A DNA stretch of 64,000 nt from the human T2T-CHM13v2.0 reference genome, Homo sapiens. The notes under the pieces are model-generated. The model searched no databases and was not told where the DNA came from. It worked only from the letters and a program-made list of their open reading frames with translations. Made by a program: the position numbers and the translations under genes. The number at the start of each line of letters is the position of its first letter. The stretch's first letter is position 1. Location of the stretch: the NCBI RefSeq assembly GCF_009914755.1, contig NC_060932.1. One strand, written 5' to 3'. Below are positions 1 through 13,612 of this stretch, piece by piece.

Positions 1-260
1 TTTTTAAAACTCTGTAGATGGAAAATACCCATGATAAATGAGGAAATGCAGGAGATAAAATAGGAGATGTCACATATCACAGTTTCAGAAGAAAAAATAC
101 ATACTATATATGCATGGGGAAAAAACTAAAAAATCATTTTTATCTCATACTTTGTAGTATTAAGGGTGTTGCTTTTTCCTCTTTATTCTTTTCTGTATTT
201 TTCAAGTTTTCTATAATGAGAGTTTGTTACTTTTCATGATGACTATAAGTTAAAATAGAA
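1..260 (+). mobile_element. old L1M(E) 3' end fragment
   Basis: 'ttctgtatttttcaagttttctataatgag' resembles L1ME 3' termini. Confidence 0.45.
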
Positions 261-679
261 AAATTAAACCAGTTTGGTCAATAAAAGGTTTGTGCCACTA
301 TCAACACAATTTAATTTGTATTTACACATGCTGTGCTAGGCTTTGAACAAAGGAACACAGAGATATTTACCAGATAAAAAAGTCTGTATTTTAACAGAAC
401 AAACATGATTCTTTTGGTAGCTCTTTCCTTCAGCAAGTATTATGCCCTACTGTGTGGTGAACACTATGTCTAGTCAGATACAGGTGGCTCTTTTGAGAAG
501 TTCACAGTCTAGTGAGATAAACAGACTTCATCACATTATCACTGTACAAAGTGAAAAGTGTTACATAATGGAAGCATTAATATATTCAGAATCCTGTGGG
601 AGCACAGAAAATTGGACATTTGTATTTAGATTCAAAGGCAGTACAGTTTGTCAGATTAAACAGAGAAGAATCTCTTATA

Positions 680-1150
680 TCAGTGAATATGTTTAGTTAC
701 AAGTAACAAAAACTTTACCCTGCCTGATAATTCTCCAGCAAAATAATTTATTGAAAGGTAACTGCATATGGCTTGGAAGACTGGACAATTGTACTCGAGG
801 GCTGGCCAGGCTGAATCACCATCAAAATCAAGTAGTTCAGTGAGGGTGCTGTTTCAGCTCGGCCCTTGACCCCACAGCTTACTTTGTTCACACCCAGCTA
901 CCCAGAGCTGCCACCTCTTCTCCTCCTCATGGAGCTGGCTATCCCTGCTTCCCCAGTCTCTCGTTCCTGCTGGAGGTCTGGGGTAGCTACATCGGCTTAT
1001 AACTGAGCTTTTAGGCCACGGGCAGGTGGCTAAATGTAAGGGAGAAGAGCAAAGTGAATTTGTGGCATTTTTAATCTTCTATAATGGGAGGGATTACAAG
1101 CCTTGTAAAATGGGGAATTCCTGGAATATAGAAAGGTGGTTTAGATGCCA
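680..1150. mobile_element. ancient MaLR/ERVL LTR fragment (MLT1-like)
   Basis: 'ttagttacaagtaacaaaaact...aatttattgaaagg' resembles MLT1 termini. Confidence 0.4.
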
Positions 1151-1826
1151 GACTCCTTTAAAAAAAAAAAAAAAAGTGTAGCTGTACAAGCCATGTAAGA
1201 GAGTCTGATAGAGCTTTGATATTGTCACAATGTTTTAATTATTAGAACAACATTCATTATGCCAGACTTGTGCTATTAAGTCATACATGCAGAGGGAGCA
1301 CATTCCCTAAGGTGAGTGTCAGGCATTAATCATCAGGGTGTGATTTCTGGACTTCTATCAGGGGCCACAGGTGTTTTGTGCCTCCTGAAGAAAAAGCAAT
1401 GGAACAGTTTTATTCCTGAACATCATGTATTTTTGAAAAGTAAGATTAATGCTAAATTGTGTTTGATTCTCAGAATCATGTTACCATATTAAAGGTTACA
1501 AGTCCATTAAAAGAACTCAACTGGCCAGTACAGTTGATAAGGTAAATTCGTTTTATTTTTGTGTCATTGCATTTATTGAGGACAAGTATTAAATTTGCAA
1601 CTGGGGGGCAATTAACTGTCACGTTATGCTCTCCACCCAATCTTACGAAAACAAGTAATTGGATCAAAAGTGTTTCTTAAAACTACAAAAGCAGTCATGA
1701 AAATAACACACATGTAAAACAAGAGTGAAAAGGGTTCCACGTTAAAAACTAGATGTAAACATGCACACTGAGAAAAACCTGATAGTGATCAAAGAAAAGG
1801 ATGGATAGGAAATGTGATATTCAGTA

Positions 1827-1978
1827 CACTAAATCCTCACTTAACATCAATAGGTTCTTGGAAACTGACTTCAAGCAAAACGACATAAAACAAGCAAAGG
1901 ACATTATTCGAGGACCTGCTGTCACTTAAAGTCTCAGTTTCCAAGAACGTATGGATGATGTTAAGTGAGGGCTTACTG
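1827..1978. mobile_element. Tigger-derived MITE (MER82-like), internally deleted
   Basis: Inverted ends cactaaatcctcacttaacatc...ttcttggaaact / agtttccaagaac...gatgttaagtgagggcttactg, with TA on both sides. Confidence 0.8.
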
Positions 1979-2319
1979 TATCTAAAAATGTATCAGTGGA
2001 CCAGCAAAACATTTACTTGCATCTCCAGAATATTTTTGTTATAAAATGTTGTCAACCGACAAAGGTTACTGTTTGATGGAGATAGAGATGGGAGAAAAGG
2101 ACAAAACTGCAAGAGACAACATTCTGACACTTCATTCCTGAGAAACTTGTAAAAACAAAAAAGTCCACCGAGAAGTTAATGACAAACATGTTCTTAGAGA
2201 AGCAAAATTTAATGTGAAAAATCCCATGATAACAAAAAGAGTGTAGAAGAACAACTGCTATTGCTTGAAGTAGCAGACACTTTACTTGACAATTGAACAA
2301 TCTACTGATTTACTTGCTT

Positions 2320-2545
2320 CAGCAAACACCTAAAGAGTGCTTACTATGTAGCAAGCATGACTCTAAGTGTTTTACATTATTATTATCAATGAGTATTAAC
2401 TCACTCACTCTTCACATTCACAGAGGAGGAAACCAAGGCACAGAGAGGTAAAGGGACTTGCCCAATCTCACAGTTACTAGGTGGCTGAGCTGGGATCTGA
2501 AAACCAAGCAGGCGAGTTTAGTCTGGGCACTTACCCACTGCATGA
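2320..2545 (-). mobile_element. MIR
   Basis: Core 'acagaggaggaaaccaaggcacagagaggtaaagggacttgcccaa...gagctgggatctgaa'. Confidence 0.8.
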
Positions 2546-2615
2546 CTCTGCATTGGTGTCCGTGTTGCTAAGTAACTATCCATATATGTACTGTGTAAAC
2601 ATGAAAAAAACAATA

Positions 2616-2704
2616 TGTCTGATGAAGTGCTGAGGTAGACTTCCATGACAAGTCCACATATAATCTGAATATCTCAAACTCTGGACAAGTTTCTAACTCT
2701 TGCA
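2616..2704 (+). repeat. copy 1 of ~88-bp dispersed direct repeat
   Basis: Aligns to 3788-3878 with about 12 substitutions and one 2-nt indel. Confidence 0.9.
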
Positions 2705-3089
2705 TGATCTGGACTGGAAGCAGTTTTTTGAACTTGGCACTGACAAAGGACTAGCTATGTGCAGCAGAGTTACGGCTATGTGGATAAAAAGGCTGTACTA
2801 ACCGAATTGGAAGTCCGTGATGTGCCTATTCACCATGCTACTGTTGAAATAGTCCAAAGTGCAAATATGACATTAGAAGCATATGAGAAGCTGTTTGAAG
2901 GAAGGAATAGGGAGTATAAAACTGCTTTTCCAATCAGAAGTGCACGACTTTTTTTAAATAAGAACTTGAAACTCAACTTCTTCACTGGCATTATTTTTAC
3001 TGAGGTAATAGAAAATGGTCACTGTTAGCTTTACCAGAATATAATGCAGGAGACAGACTTTTACTGATAATGCCAATAAAGATAATTTC

Positions 3090-3383
3090 TTTTTTTTTTT
3101 TTCGAGACAGAGTCTCGCTGTGTCACCCAGATTAGAGTACAGTCGCGCAGCCTAGGCTCACTGCAACCTCCGCCTCCTGGGTTCAAGCGATTCTCCTGCC
3201 TCAGCCTCCTGAGTAGCTGGGACTACAGGCTCATGCCACCATGCTTGGCTAATTTTTGTATTTTTAGTAGAGACGGGGTTTCACCATATTGGTCAGGCTG
3301 TTCTTGAACTCCTGACCTCGTGATCTGCCCACCTTGGCCTCCCAAAGTGCTGGGATTACAGGTGTGAGCCACTGTGCCCGGCC
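3090..3383 (-). mobile_element. AluS
   Basis: Full dimer, poly(T) on the + strand, TSD aataaagat(a/c)atttc. Confidence 0.95.
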
Positions 3384-3787
3384 AATAAAGATCATTTCTA
3401 TCACCTTAAGTGACTTTAAGTGGCATATCTTAGCAACAGTTGCTGTCTTGAATAGGTTAAACCTATCATTTAAGTTCCAAATATCAACCTCAAATTTGAG
3501 ATACCACAATTATTTTTTAAGATAACTGACTTGTGGTGAAAATGGATCTATCACAAAGCATGTGAATTTTTCTAAGTGTTAAAGTTTTATTTTTATTCAT
3601 AAGGAAAAAAAATTAATGAGGGCTATGGTAAAAAATCATATCAAAAAGCTACAACTTTTGAATATGAAGAAATGCTTTTATATTACTGAATGCGACCAAC
3701 AAGTAGGCTGGGAATCCTTCTCCTGATACCTCACTAGAGGCAACACTCTATTTTCTTGCTTTTGTTTGAATGGGCTGGTCAACTGAG

Positions 3788-3878
3788 TGTCTGATGAAGT
3801 GCTGAGCTGGGCTTCTGTGAGAAATCCGCATATAACCTGAATATCCCAAACTCTCTGGCCAAGCTTCTAACTCTTGTA
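3788..3878 (+). repeat. copy 2 of ~88-bp dispersed direct repeat
   Basis: tgtctgatgaagtgctgag...catataa(c/t)ctgaatatc...ttctaactcttg is shared with 2616-2704. Confidence 0.9.
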
Positions 3879-3934
3879 GCCATTCCTGCCAAATGATAAT
3901 AGTAAGTTAGCATTTTCTAATTCAGTAGCAATAA

Positions 3935-4265
<331 letters not shown>

Positions 4266-5256
4266 ATCCTTTCTTATGACTCAATAAGTCTATTCTAGAT
4301 AACCTGGTAAAAGATCAAAAACAAAATAATTCCAATACTTGACATGAAAGAATTATGTAATTTAAAATGTTTGAGTATTATGATTAATCTTTTAGAAAAC
4401 TTAGTTCAAATTGTTGATCTGCAAATCCACTGAACACCCATAAAGTTTGGGGGGAAAAAAAAAACAACAACCCTATAACCATGAGAGAAACCATGCCTTT
4501 TTTTTTTTTTTCTGAGAAGTTTCAAAAAGCAGAGTCTTAATGAGGAGAAAATAATTTGAAAACATATCTCAAAGCAGAAGGATCCAGAGCTTGCACAGAA
4601 AGTAAGTTATGCTGGTGAGAGGCTTCAGAATAAAGAATGACTATATTGGTCCATGATGTAAATATAAGCCACTGGAAGGACATAGAAAAGAATTAGCATG
4701 GCCACAGTTTTGGGCCAAAAAAGACTATTTTAGGAAAAGCACGGAGGATCGACTGCAGCAGATATTGGTGATAGGAAGTCAAATGAAGGTACAGCATGAT
4801 GGGAGAGATCATTCTTCTTAGGGAGAGACAGTAAGGCAGGGAGAAAGAAAGGAACAGGGCAGTAGAGCAGAATTACGTGAAGGCATAGCAGGCTTCTGCC
4901 TTGGCAGCAGGTCAGGTGTGCACAACATATCCAAAAGAAACATTTGAAACACCAGCTGAGGCAGTGCTGTGAGAAGATGAATTCTTCAACATGCTTTTCA
5001 CTTTCAGCGTTTTAAAACTATCATATTTTTATCTTCATTCATTTTTTAGCAGCTATAAATCTAAGAGGGCTCTATATACCATCTATCCATCTGTTTTTCA
5101 TATTTAACACATTTTAAATGAGTTATAGACCTTGACTATTATTAGCTAAATTTATATTTGCCTTATCTAAAGATCTTTAATTTTCCATAGTAAAACCAAT
5201 TATTTTTTAATGATATTAATTTTGGACAGCTCTTGATATTACAGTGTCAACAACTA

Positions 5257-5683
5257 TGAGGGTCTTAGTTTTTACCCTACTTGCAGCTAACAAGTTAGCC
5301 TGCCACAGTTTCATGGATCCCGGTAGAACACATGAGACTCCTGGGTCCGAGACAAAGGATAGTTTATTGCTCACAGCAACAGAAATAGCAAGATACTAGC
5401 ATTTTAGTGCTAGTCCCCCAAGCCTCAATTTCCACAAGTGAACATAAAGGAAGCCAGATGAGCCCTGCACACTGCGCATAAGAGGAACCCTGAACTTAGA
5501 GAAACCCCAATCTCTCATATGGCAGTAAGCACATCTGCCCATTGCTCTTAGGCAGACAAACCTCTCTGTAAAGGGCATTTAGTGCCTCGTCTTGCAAGAA
5601 GTTCAGAAAGATGAGAGATAGGAGTGCAAAAGGCTTATTGGGAAACAAAGAAAAAAGGAAGGCATGAGAAATGTCTTCCTACA
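5257..5683 (-). mobile_element. ERVL-class 3' LTR
   Basis: TG...CA ends on the minus strand, AATAAA at 5363-5368 (minus), preceded by ERVL-like polypurine tract gaggggttgatac|tgt. Confidence 0.7.
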
Positions 5684-6890
5684 GTATCAACCCCTCATTT
5701 CTACACCATCTTGCCTTCCAAAAAATGTATCTATAAACACAACACTTGTGGGTGGTTCTGATGAATCTGGCTGGCACAGGCTGGAACCAAGTCCACTTAA
5801 TTAGTTTTATATGCCATTTCATGAAGGCTACTACCTACAAGACTCCAAGCACCAGGATAAGGCCAACCTGCAGCACTGACCTCACCACCCATGTCCCCCA
5901 GGGCCCTGGACTCAACCACCTAAACAAATGGAACGAATCATCAGAGTCTACAAGGACAGCCTCCTTTTACAGAGCTCTCTACACTTGTCTGAGGACTACA
6001 TAATCTACTGGTAGCGTTTCCTGAAATACTTGAAGGTTCCTTATGACCACACCCCTAAAGCGCAACTTATTGTCTCTTTGAGAAGAAGATGAGTTAATGC
6101 CTGGCTTCCATGAAGTATAATACCAGGGTGCTCATTGTGCCCCTGGAAAGTGGTTTATCATTGCTGGGGCCACCCAAGTGGGACCTTCATGAGTTAGTGA
6201 AACAGGCTGAGTGGCCTCCTAGCTGGATGATAAACCTTAGGAGTCTGAGTTCAGTTCAAATAATTGAGTCCTTATTTTAAGGCGAGACTGGCCTATTTGT
6301 CTATGCCACCAGCCAGAGGACATTTGTCCGTACCATGGAATGGCTGAGGGATAGCTTTGGAATTAGGGAAGTACAGAGCCGTTGACTGGCATTTTGCTTA
6401 GGGGGTGCAGGGGCTACCATTATCTCTTCTGTTCCCAATAAATTTTTCAGTAAGGTTAAAGGGAGTGGCCATGGTATAGCAGTGAGAGCTGCCTCGCAGT
6501 GGGTGACAGGCCCAGCACTCAATTAAACAGAAGGCACTGGCAACAGCTTGGGAGATCTCTCTGTTTTCCTTTGAGGAAAGCTCTAGAGGCAGTTCACTGG
6601 AAACAAAGATCATTGATGTCCCTACCTCCCCTGTATCTCCAGGGTCTGAGGTATTCTTCAGATGCTGAGGTTGCTGTTATCCTTCCACTGCTACAAAATC
6701 TATGTGCCCCATTCCAATAGCTAACTTCACTATTTTTTAACCATCCCTTAATTGTATCCAGGTATTTGGTCTGAAAGGGCCAAGTACAAAAGGGACAAGC
6801 GTACTTCTGCAAAACTTACAGAAATCCATTAAGTTTCCGTCTTTAGTGTGCGTGAGTCACTACACAGAGACTTGGCAAGCACTAACCAAG
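5684..6890 (-). mobile_element. ERVL-class internal (pol/RNase H) remnant
   Basis: Adjacent to the PPT/LTR. THCEAALTAIPWPL..LLGTEEIMV in track ORF 6301..6522 resembles ERVL pol xPFEKQLLACYWAL..LTMGHQV. Confidence 0.5.
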
Positions 6891-7068
6891 CAGCCCTTTC
6901 CCTTATGATTAGGTTACGGGGGGTGGGGGTGGGAGTGGCGATTCTTTTCCTAAGGGCCAGATAAGTAAATATTTTATGCTTCATTCATCTCTGTAAGTAC
7001 AAATAGTAAGACAAAAAATAGCCAGTGCTCGCAAAATGGCTACCAAATCATTAACATGAAATATCTAA

Positions 7069-7781
<713 letters not shown>

Positions 7782-7954
7782 TATACTACTCATTTTTAAC
7801 TGGGTTTATCATAATTCTCACTATTGTGGCAATCTTGATTTCATTTGCTTTGTTAGTTCCTTTGCTAACCTACTCCATTTTAGATAAGTACATTATTTAG
7901 GACTCTACACTGAAGGTTTCAAGAAACCAAATGAAATGAATGGCTTTCTCTTAC

Positions 7955-8056
7955 CGTTTGCCTCGTGGATAATGCCGCACATATTCTCCAACATCGTGAG
8001 CAGCAACAGCTAAGACTTGGGGATCATCTGACACTTCCAAAAGTTTTGTCAAGATT
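7955..8056 (-). CDS. ATP6V1H: ATP6V1H exon ([33 protein letters not shown]; probably exon 12)
   Basis: atttcAG|a atc ttg aca ... ggc aaa cg|GTaaga; 102 nt, phase 2-2. Confidence 0.97.
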
Positions 8057-9718
8057 CTGAAATAAATTTTATCCAAAGAGAGATCAAGTTCTAATTTTTC
8101 TATAGACTACAACAGAGCACAGGTATAATGAAGATATCTTCCTGAAAATAGACATTTATTAATATATTCATATTCTTCTAAGGATTTCACTATTAGACAT
8201 AAGTTTGCAGTTTTCAAACCTTCAAACATATATAACAAGTTTCTTTCAGATTCACAATGTACACCATGCACAATTTCCAAAATATCAGGGACTCCCCCCT
8301 CAAGAAAACTAGAACATGAATAAAAGTTATTTTAACACAAAACTACCAATAGATCTTTTCCAATTATATATATTTTCATAAGCCATTTATAAACCCTAGG
8401 ACCTACTGGTACTACTGGGACAAGTGACTTTCAGTGCTCGATGATAAGAGGGTGGACTGAGCACTAAGCACACACGTCTTCCCCTCTCTCTTGCCCCAAC
8501 TCTAACAGAAGAGTGGAACATATACTTTCCAAACAGTGAAGTCCATAACAGCAAGAGAAAAGATGGCAGCCCAAATCCACCATCCTGTCACCTTGCCCTT
8601 CTGGTACTTTCTCCAATACAACCACATAAATTGTCACTGGAGCCTGACGGGTACTTCTGAGAACAGGAGCCAGGAACCAGCAGCAAAGAAGGCTCCCCCT
8701 GCCCCGGCTTCTGCTACCCTCCTCAAGGACCACTGAGGGTGGGTGCAGCTACCCAAGATGTGCATGTGCCCTTGGGAGTGAAAGGGGAGGGAGATGGTGC
8801 TGCTCAGAATCCAAGGAGCTTGGAAAGGACTACCTTCCTCATGTGTGCAAGCAGAGATCATTCAAGGAATAGGTTGCTCCTCTGTTATTTTAATGCTCAA
8901 GGGCCTAGAAATAGATGGAAAACTTCTCAATTCATTCTAAAAGCAGAGCGTAACTGTGATAACCAGTCAGAATGAATGTTTTTTAAATGGCTTGGTAGAA
9001 GACCAATATATAAAAACAACTCTTTCTAATACCCCAGCAACTCAGAAATAGATACACACAAACTTAAATTAGCCAACTGAACCCACTAGTACACTGAGAC
9101 ACAATATTCAGTTTTCAGCTCAAATGTCATCTCTTGTATAAGAGCCCACGATTACCCTAAGGCAGTACTCTCCCCACCATTCTCCTCTCCTACTCCACTG
9201 TTCTTCATAGTACTAATCACCACCTGCCATTGTAATATGTATTAAGACAGTCATGTTAAATGACTTCAAGCCATAGGAAGTAAAAATGACAGGTCACAAA
9301 TTAATACATTTAGTCTGATAACATGTATAAGTAAAGGTATATAAAGATGTAGGTAAGGTATGCCTAGGCACCGGAAGAGACTATGGCCTGCTGACCCTAG
9401 TTCCTCCTCAGGAAGAGTCTGAGATTGAAGAGCAGTGAAGAAACCTTTCCACTTTAGTTCTCTCTGCCTTCAAGATGAAACAAGACATATTCAGTTTTTC
9501 ATATATCTATTAATATTTTTAACATTTCAAACTATGTGTGTTTTTAAAAGGCTAACTTGCAAATTATTCTAAAATTACATTAAATTTAATTCAACTGAAA
9601 CATTTTGATAATTTCAAAAAATTACTTCTTTGTTTTTATTTCAATAATTTAAATATTAAGAAATTTTATGAAATTATAAGCAAATTGCATTAACGAAAAT
9701 TATTTAAAATATAACATT

Positions 9719-10119
9719 TGTTCTCAAGAAAAGAAAAATAGCTCAGAGTCGTCAGAGCTATGTGAAATATATAACATTTTTCACACCCAGAAACAAGAGT
9801 GTGGGTCCAAGGGCAATTATTTAAAGGCATTTTGTCCCTAACTATCCCACTCATTACCCTCGTGTTCCTGGAATTTGTGATACAAAGATCAATGTACAGC
9901 TAATCAACAGTTTATGTCATTTTAATGTAAATTCTTGGCAAACGACTTAGGAAGTGCCTCTTCTTTTTCCCTTAAAAGCCCACTTGTAACTGCTACTAAT
10001 TGGAGTGCATATTCAAGGCAAGTTGAATCTATGCTCCCAGGTAGCCATCTTCAAGCTTTGAGCTTGAACAATCTCTGTATTTAATCTTATTTTCAGAATT
10101 TCGTTATTTAAGACTGACA
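9719..10119 (+). mobile_element. ERV1 solo LTR (LTR47-like)
   Basis: TG...CA ends; 'aaatagctcagag...gagctatgtga', 'ttgaatctatgctccc', 'ttatttaagactgaca'. Confidence 0.65.
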
Positions 10120-10143
10120 TTCTGAATACATCAAACCAGAAGT

Positions 10144-10351
10144 CAGGAAATAACAGCTCAAGTCCAAACCCAGATGCCATCTGTTTTTGTAAATGTTTTA
10201 CTGGAACACAGCCAGGCTCATTAGTTTACTTGGTGTCCATAGCTGGCACTGCAATGGCAGAGTTGAGTAATTTGGGACAGAAACAAAATGGTTCAAAAAG
10301 TCTAAAATATTTACTACCTTGGTCTTTCCCAAATCACGTTGCCAATCCCTG
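10144..10351. mobile_element. MER58A (hAT-Charlie MITE)
   Basis: 'gtttttgtaaat..ttttactggaacacagcca...aaaatatttact...ttgccaatccctg'. Confidence 0.8.
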
Positions 10352-10402
10352 CCTTAAACTATTCTCAGTGACTTAAGCCATTCTCCATATGGCTGAGACC
10401 CT

Positions 10403-10542
10403 GATACCCAAAATATGGTGTACACACCAGCAGCATGGGCATCACCTGGTTACTTAGAAATGCTGATCACAGACCCTAATCTAGGACTACTGAATTAGAA
10501 TCTGCATTTTAACAAGATCTCCATTAACATTTGAGAAGCACA
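10403..10542. mobile_element. MER5A
   Basis: 'accagcagcatgggcatcacctgg..ttagaaatgc...gaatctgcattttaacaagat...tttgagaagcac'. Confidence 0.8.
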
Positions 10543-11435
10543 GCCTTAGAGTCAGATAATGTTAGAACTGGAAGGAATCACAGGCTTTCTAGTCAAATCT
10601 GCAAAATGTGGACATGATTTTAATTGTTACCCTTCAGGACCATTAAGTCCACTGAATATCTTCAGCAACAATGAAAACATTTTTGTATTATTAGCTGTAA
10701 ACCTGCTGAGCATGCTATTTCTGTGTCAAATCGTCAATTAAAATGTTCTTCAAAAGAACAGGTTCAAAAAAAGACATTTTATGGTATGCAATGAGAGAAC
10801 TCCCTCCAAGATGTCTCTGAATACAGTTAAGTCAACAATAGATTCATCAACCACAATCCAAACCTCTATTGCCACGTTAACCACAACCCATGATTCTATC
10901 AAATAGTCCAATGGATCCAGGCAGCAACACACCACAGCTCTGTAGTTAGACCAAATGTGAATTCTGCCTCGACATTAGCTAGAAATGTAATCTTGAAAAG
11001 CATCTGTTCAAATCAAATTAGAATTTACATTATTATTCTAATTGATCATTCAACAAATATGTTCATTCTCTTTCACAATGTTTTCCTCAGTTTTAGAAAC
11101 TTGTTTTCTCTCTCAGTTTTTGCTTTTCTTCTATCTCCACGGCTTCTTATATTTCAGAATATTTTCTTACTCAAAATATATATTTATTTCAAAACTACTA
11201 ACATACAAGCTACAAGGTATTTTCTGTATACTTCAAAAGTGAGAGGGAAAAATTAACTTTTATACTTGCTAAGTGTGGAATTACCTGACGTAAGTGTGGT
11301 TATCCACAGATAAAAGGAAGACCAGTATGCATGATGCTTTTTAAACAGCAGAATCAAATAAAGATTTCATCCAGATCTATCTTATTGGGCAGCACTAGTA
11401 CCTGTCATTCATCTCATGCATATAATTTATAAGAA

Positions 11436-12373
11436 TGTAAAGAATGTCAGGTGACCATCAAGTCAGGGGGTTGTTAAGCTGCCACTCTAAGATAATAATT
11501 GGTTGCAGCTGGTGCCAGGGAACGACAGTCTTCCAACAGATAGAAAACACCTGAAGCTGGTGATCAGCAGCTTCCCAATAATATCTCAAGAGTGGGGTGG
11601 GCAGGCTCAAGCATGCACAGTAAGGTGCAAAGTGGCAGAGTTTAACCAGTATATGACCTTCCTCTAGGAATGCTCAACTGATAAGGGAAAAATGCCTCAA
11701 GTGAGCATGCACACAACTTCAGTAAACATACTGTGCATGTGGCCCCTCCCAAGTGCTGGCAGGACACTGAACATGACAGCCCAGCCCAAGGGAAACATCG
11801 AGGGAAGAGAAATGGAAACCCCGGAACTATGCCAATGTATAAAACCCCAAGTCAAGGGCAGAACAGGGCAGTTGGATCTCCCAAGTCATCCACTTGGCCC
11901 TCTTCCAAGTGTACTTTATTTCCTTATATTCCTGTTCTAAAACTTTTTTAATAAGCCTTCACTTCTGCTCTAAAATTTGCCCTGGTCTCTTACTCTGCCT
12001 TAAACCTATTTCTGCCCCTCAGCAGAATTATTTCCTCCAAGGAGGCAAGGATCACGTTGCTGCAGACCCATACAGATTCACAACTGGTAACAACCCCACT
12101 GACAGAACAGACTCCCTTCTGGGCCAAGGGGACCCCAGAGAAACCTCAAAAACTGAGTTTCAGGCTATGATGGGAAGAGGGATCAGAAAAAACTCATAAT
12201 ACCCCTTCCCTTTCGGAGTTTAGGCACAACTGGCCACCATTAATGTAAAACAGAAATCAGCTACACTTTCTCAGGGCTCCTTAAGACTGTTTTTCCCAAG
12301 ATGGTGGTCACTCATATTGGCTCAGAAGAAGCCTCTTTAAAATATTTCACGGAGTTTGGTTTCTCCATTAACA
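11436..12373 (+). mobile_element. compound ERV1 LTR: MER50-like (to ~12092) nested in MER39-like LTR
   Basis: MER50-type 'acagatagaaaacacctgaagctggtgatcagcagcttccc'; MER39-type 'ggccaagggg...tgatgggaag...ggtcactcatattggctcagaa'. The whole block is TG..CA flanked by agaa/agaa. Confidence 0.7.
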
Positions 12374-12454
12374 AGAATAAAAACTAAAGACAAACAAACA
12401 ATAATTTCAAATTTCTCATCATCATATAAACATAAAAGAAAAATACCATATACT

Positions 12455-12954
<500 letters not shown>

Positions 12955-13434
12955 CTATATTCAAGTTTTCTAAACACTAGATTTAAAAAAAACCTCCAAG
13001 CTCTTTCTGTTGTTAAAACTCAAAGTCATAAGGTAACAGTGAAAAACTAATCCACTCCTTCCCACTTCCTATTCTGTCAGTCTTGCTGACATCAACCACT
13101 CACTTTGATTTGCCATTTTGTTTAAATGAGAATAATGTATCATTTTCAGTAATACACAGAAAATGGAGTCTAAACAACAGAGATAGGTGGGCCTAAAAAT
13201 GCTCCATCTGGATGCCTCATTTAAATGACAATAAGAGGATTTCTTAAAAGTATAAATCTATAAGGAAGGACAAAATGGGAAGTGAAACAAAAACAATAAA
13301 ATATTGAAGCGGAAAGTCAGAAGAACAAATGTTAAACATGAGAAAACCAAATACCAAGCTGGCAGGGAGGTAAGCCAAGGAGCAACCTGATTTACAACAC
13401 AGAACTATTTATACCGGTATTTTTAGATACCAGA

Positions 13435-13612
13435 CTCAAACTTTGCTGCCTCATATGACAACCATTAGCCACATGTGGTTTGTTTTAAAGTTAAATTGAT
13501 AAAAATTTAGTTTCTCAGCTACCAAGAACATTTCCAGTGCTCTTTAGTGACAAACTATTGTATTGAGCAGCACAGATATAAACTACTTCTATCATCACAA
13601 AAAGTTCCAATG
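13435..13612. mobile_element. MER3-like hAT MITE
   Basis: 'cattagccacatgtgg...cagcacagatata..ttctatcatcacaaaaagttc'. Confidence 0.6.

Larger units (their letters stand above)
2000..3722 (+). pseudogene. fossil Charlie/Buster-type hAT transposase, interrupted by MIR and Alu
   Basis: Broken frames give motifs in hAT order: HFIPEKLVK, EEQLL..SRHFT*Q.EQSTD (cf. LQLDESTD), *LSIYV..SDEVL, TLDKFL..HDLDWKQ..TDKGLAM (cf. LDW..TDGAxAM), PIHH (cf. CxxH), LSDFKW..LNRLNLS, FLR*..LW. Confidence 0.65.

Noticed and set aside
1476-1667. ORF starting QLLVFVR, resembling a hAT motif on the minus strand
   Set aside because: No DES or TDG motifs at the expected distances; probably chance.
2616-3878. Miniature LTR element (TRIM) or hammerhead retrozyme formed by the two TGT-starting repeats
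   Set aside because: There is no TSD outside the repeats and no stem II pairing between CTGATGA and GAAA. Copy 1 lacks GAAA, and transposase-like frames read through copy 1.
6918-6938. G-quadruplex
   Set aside because: Only three separated runs of at least 3 G.
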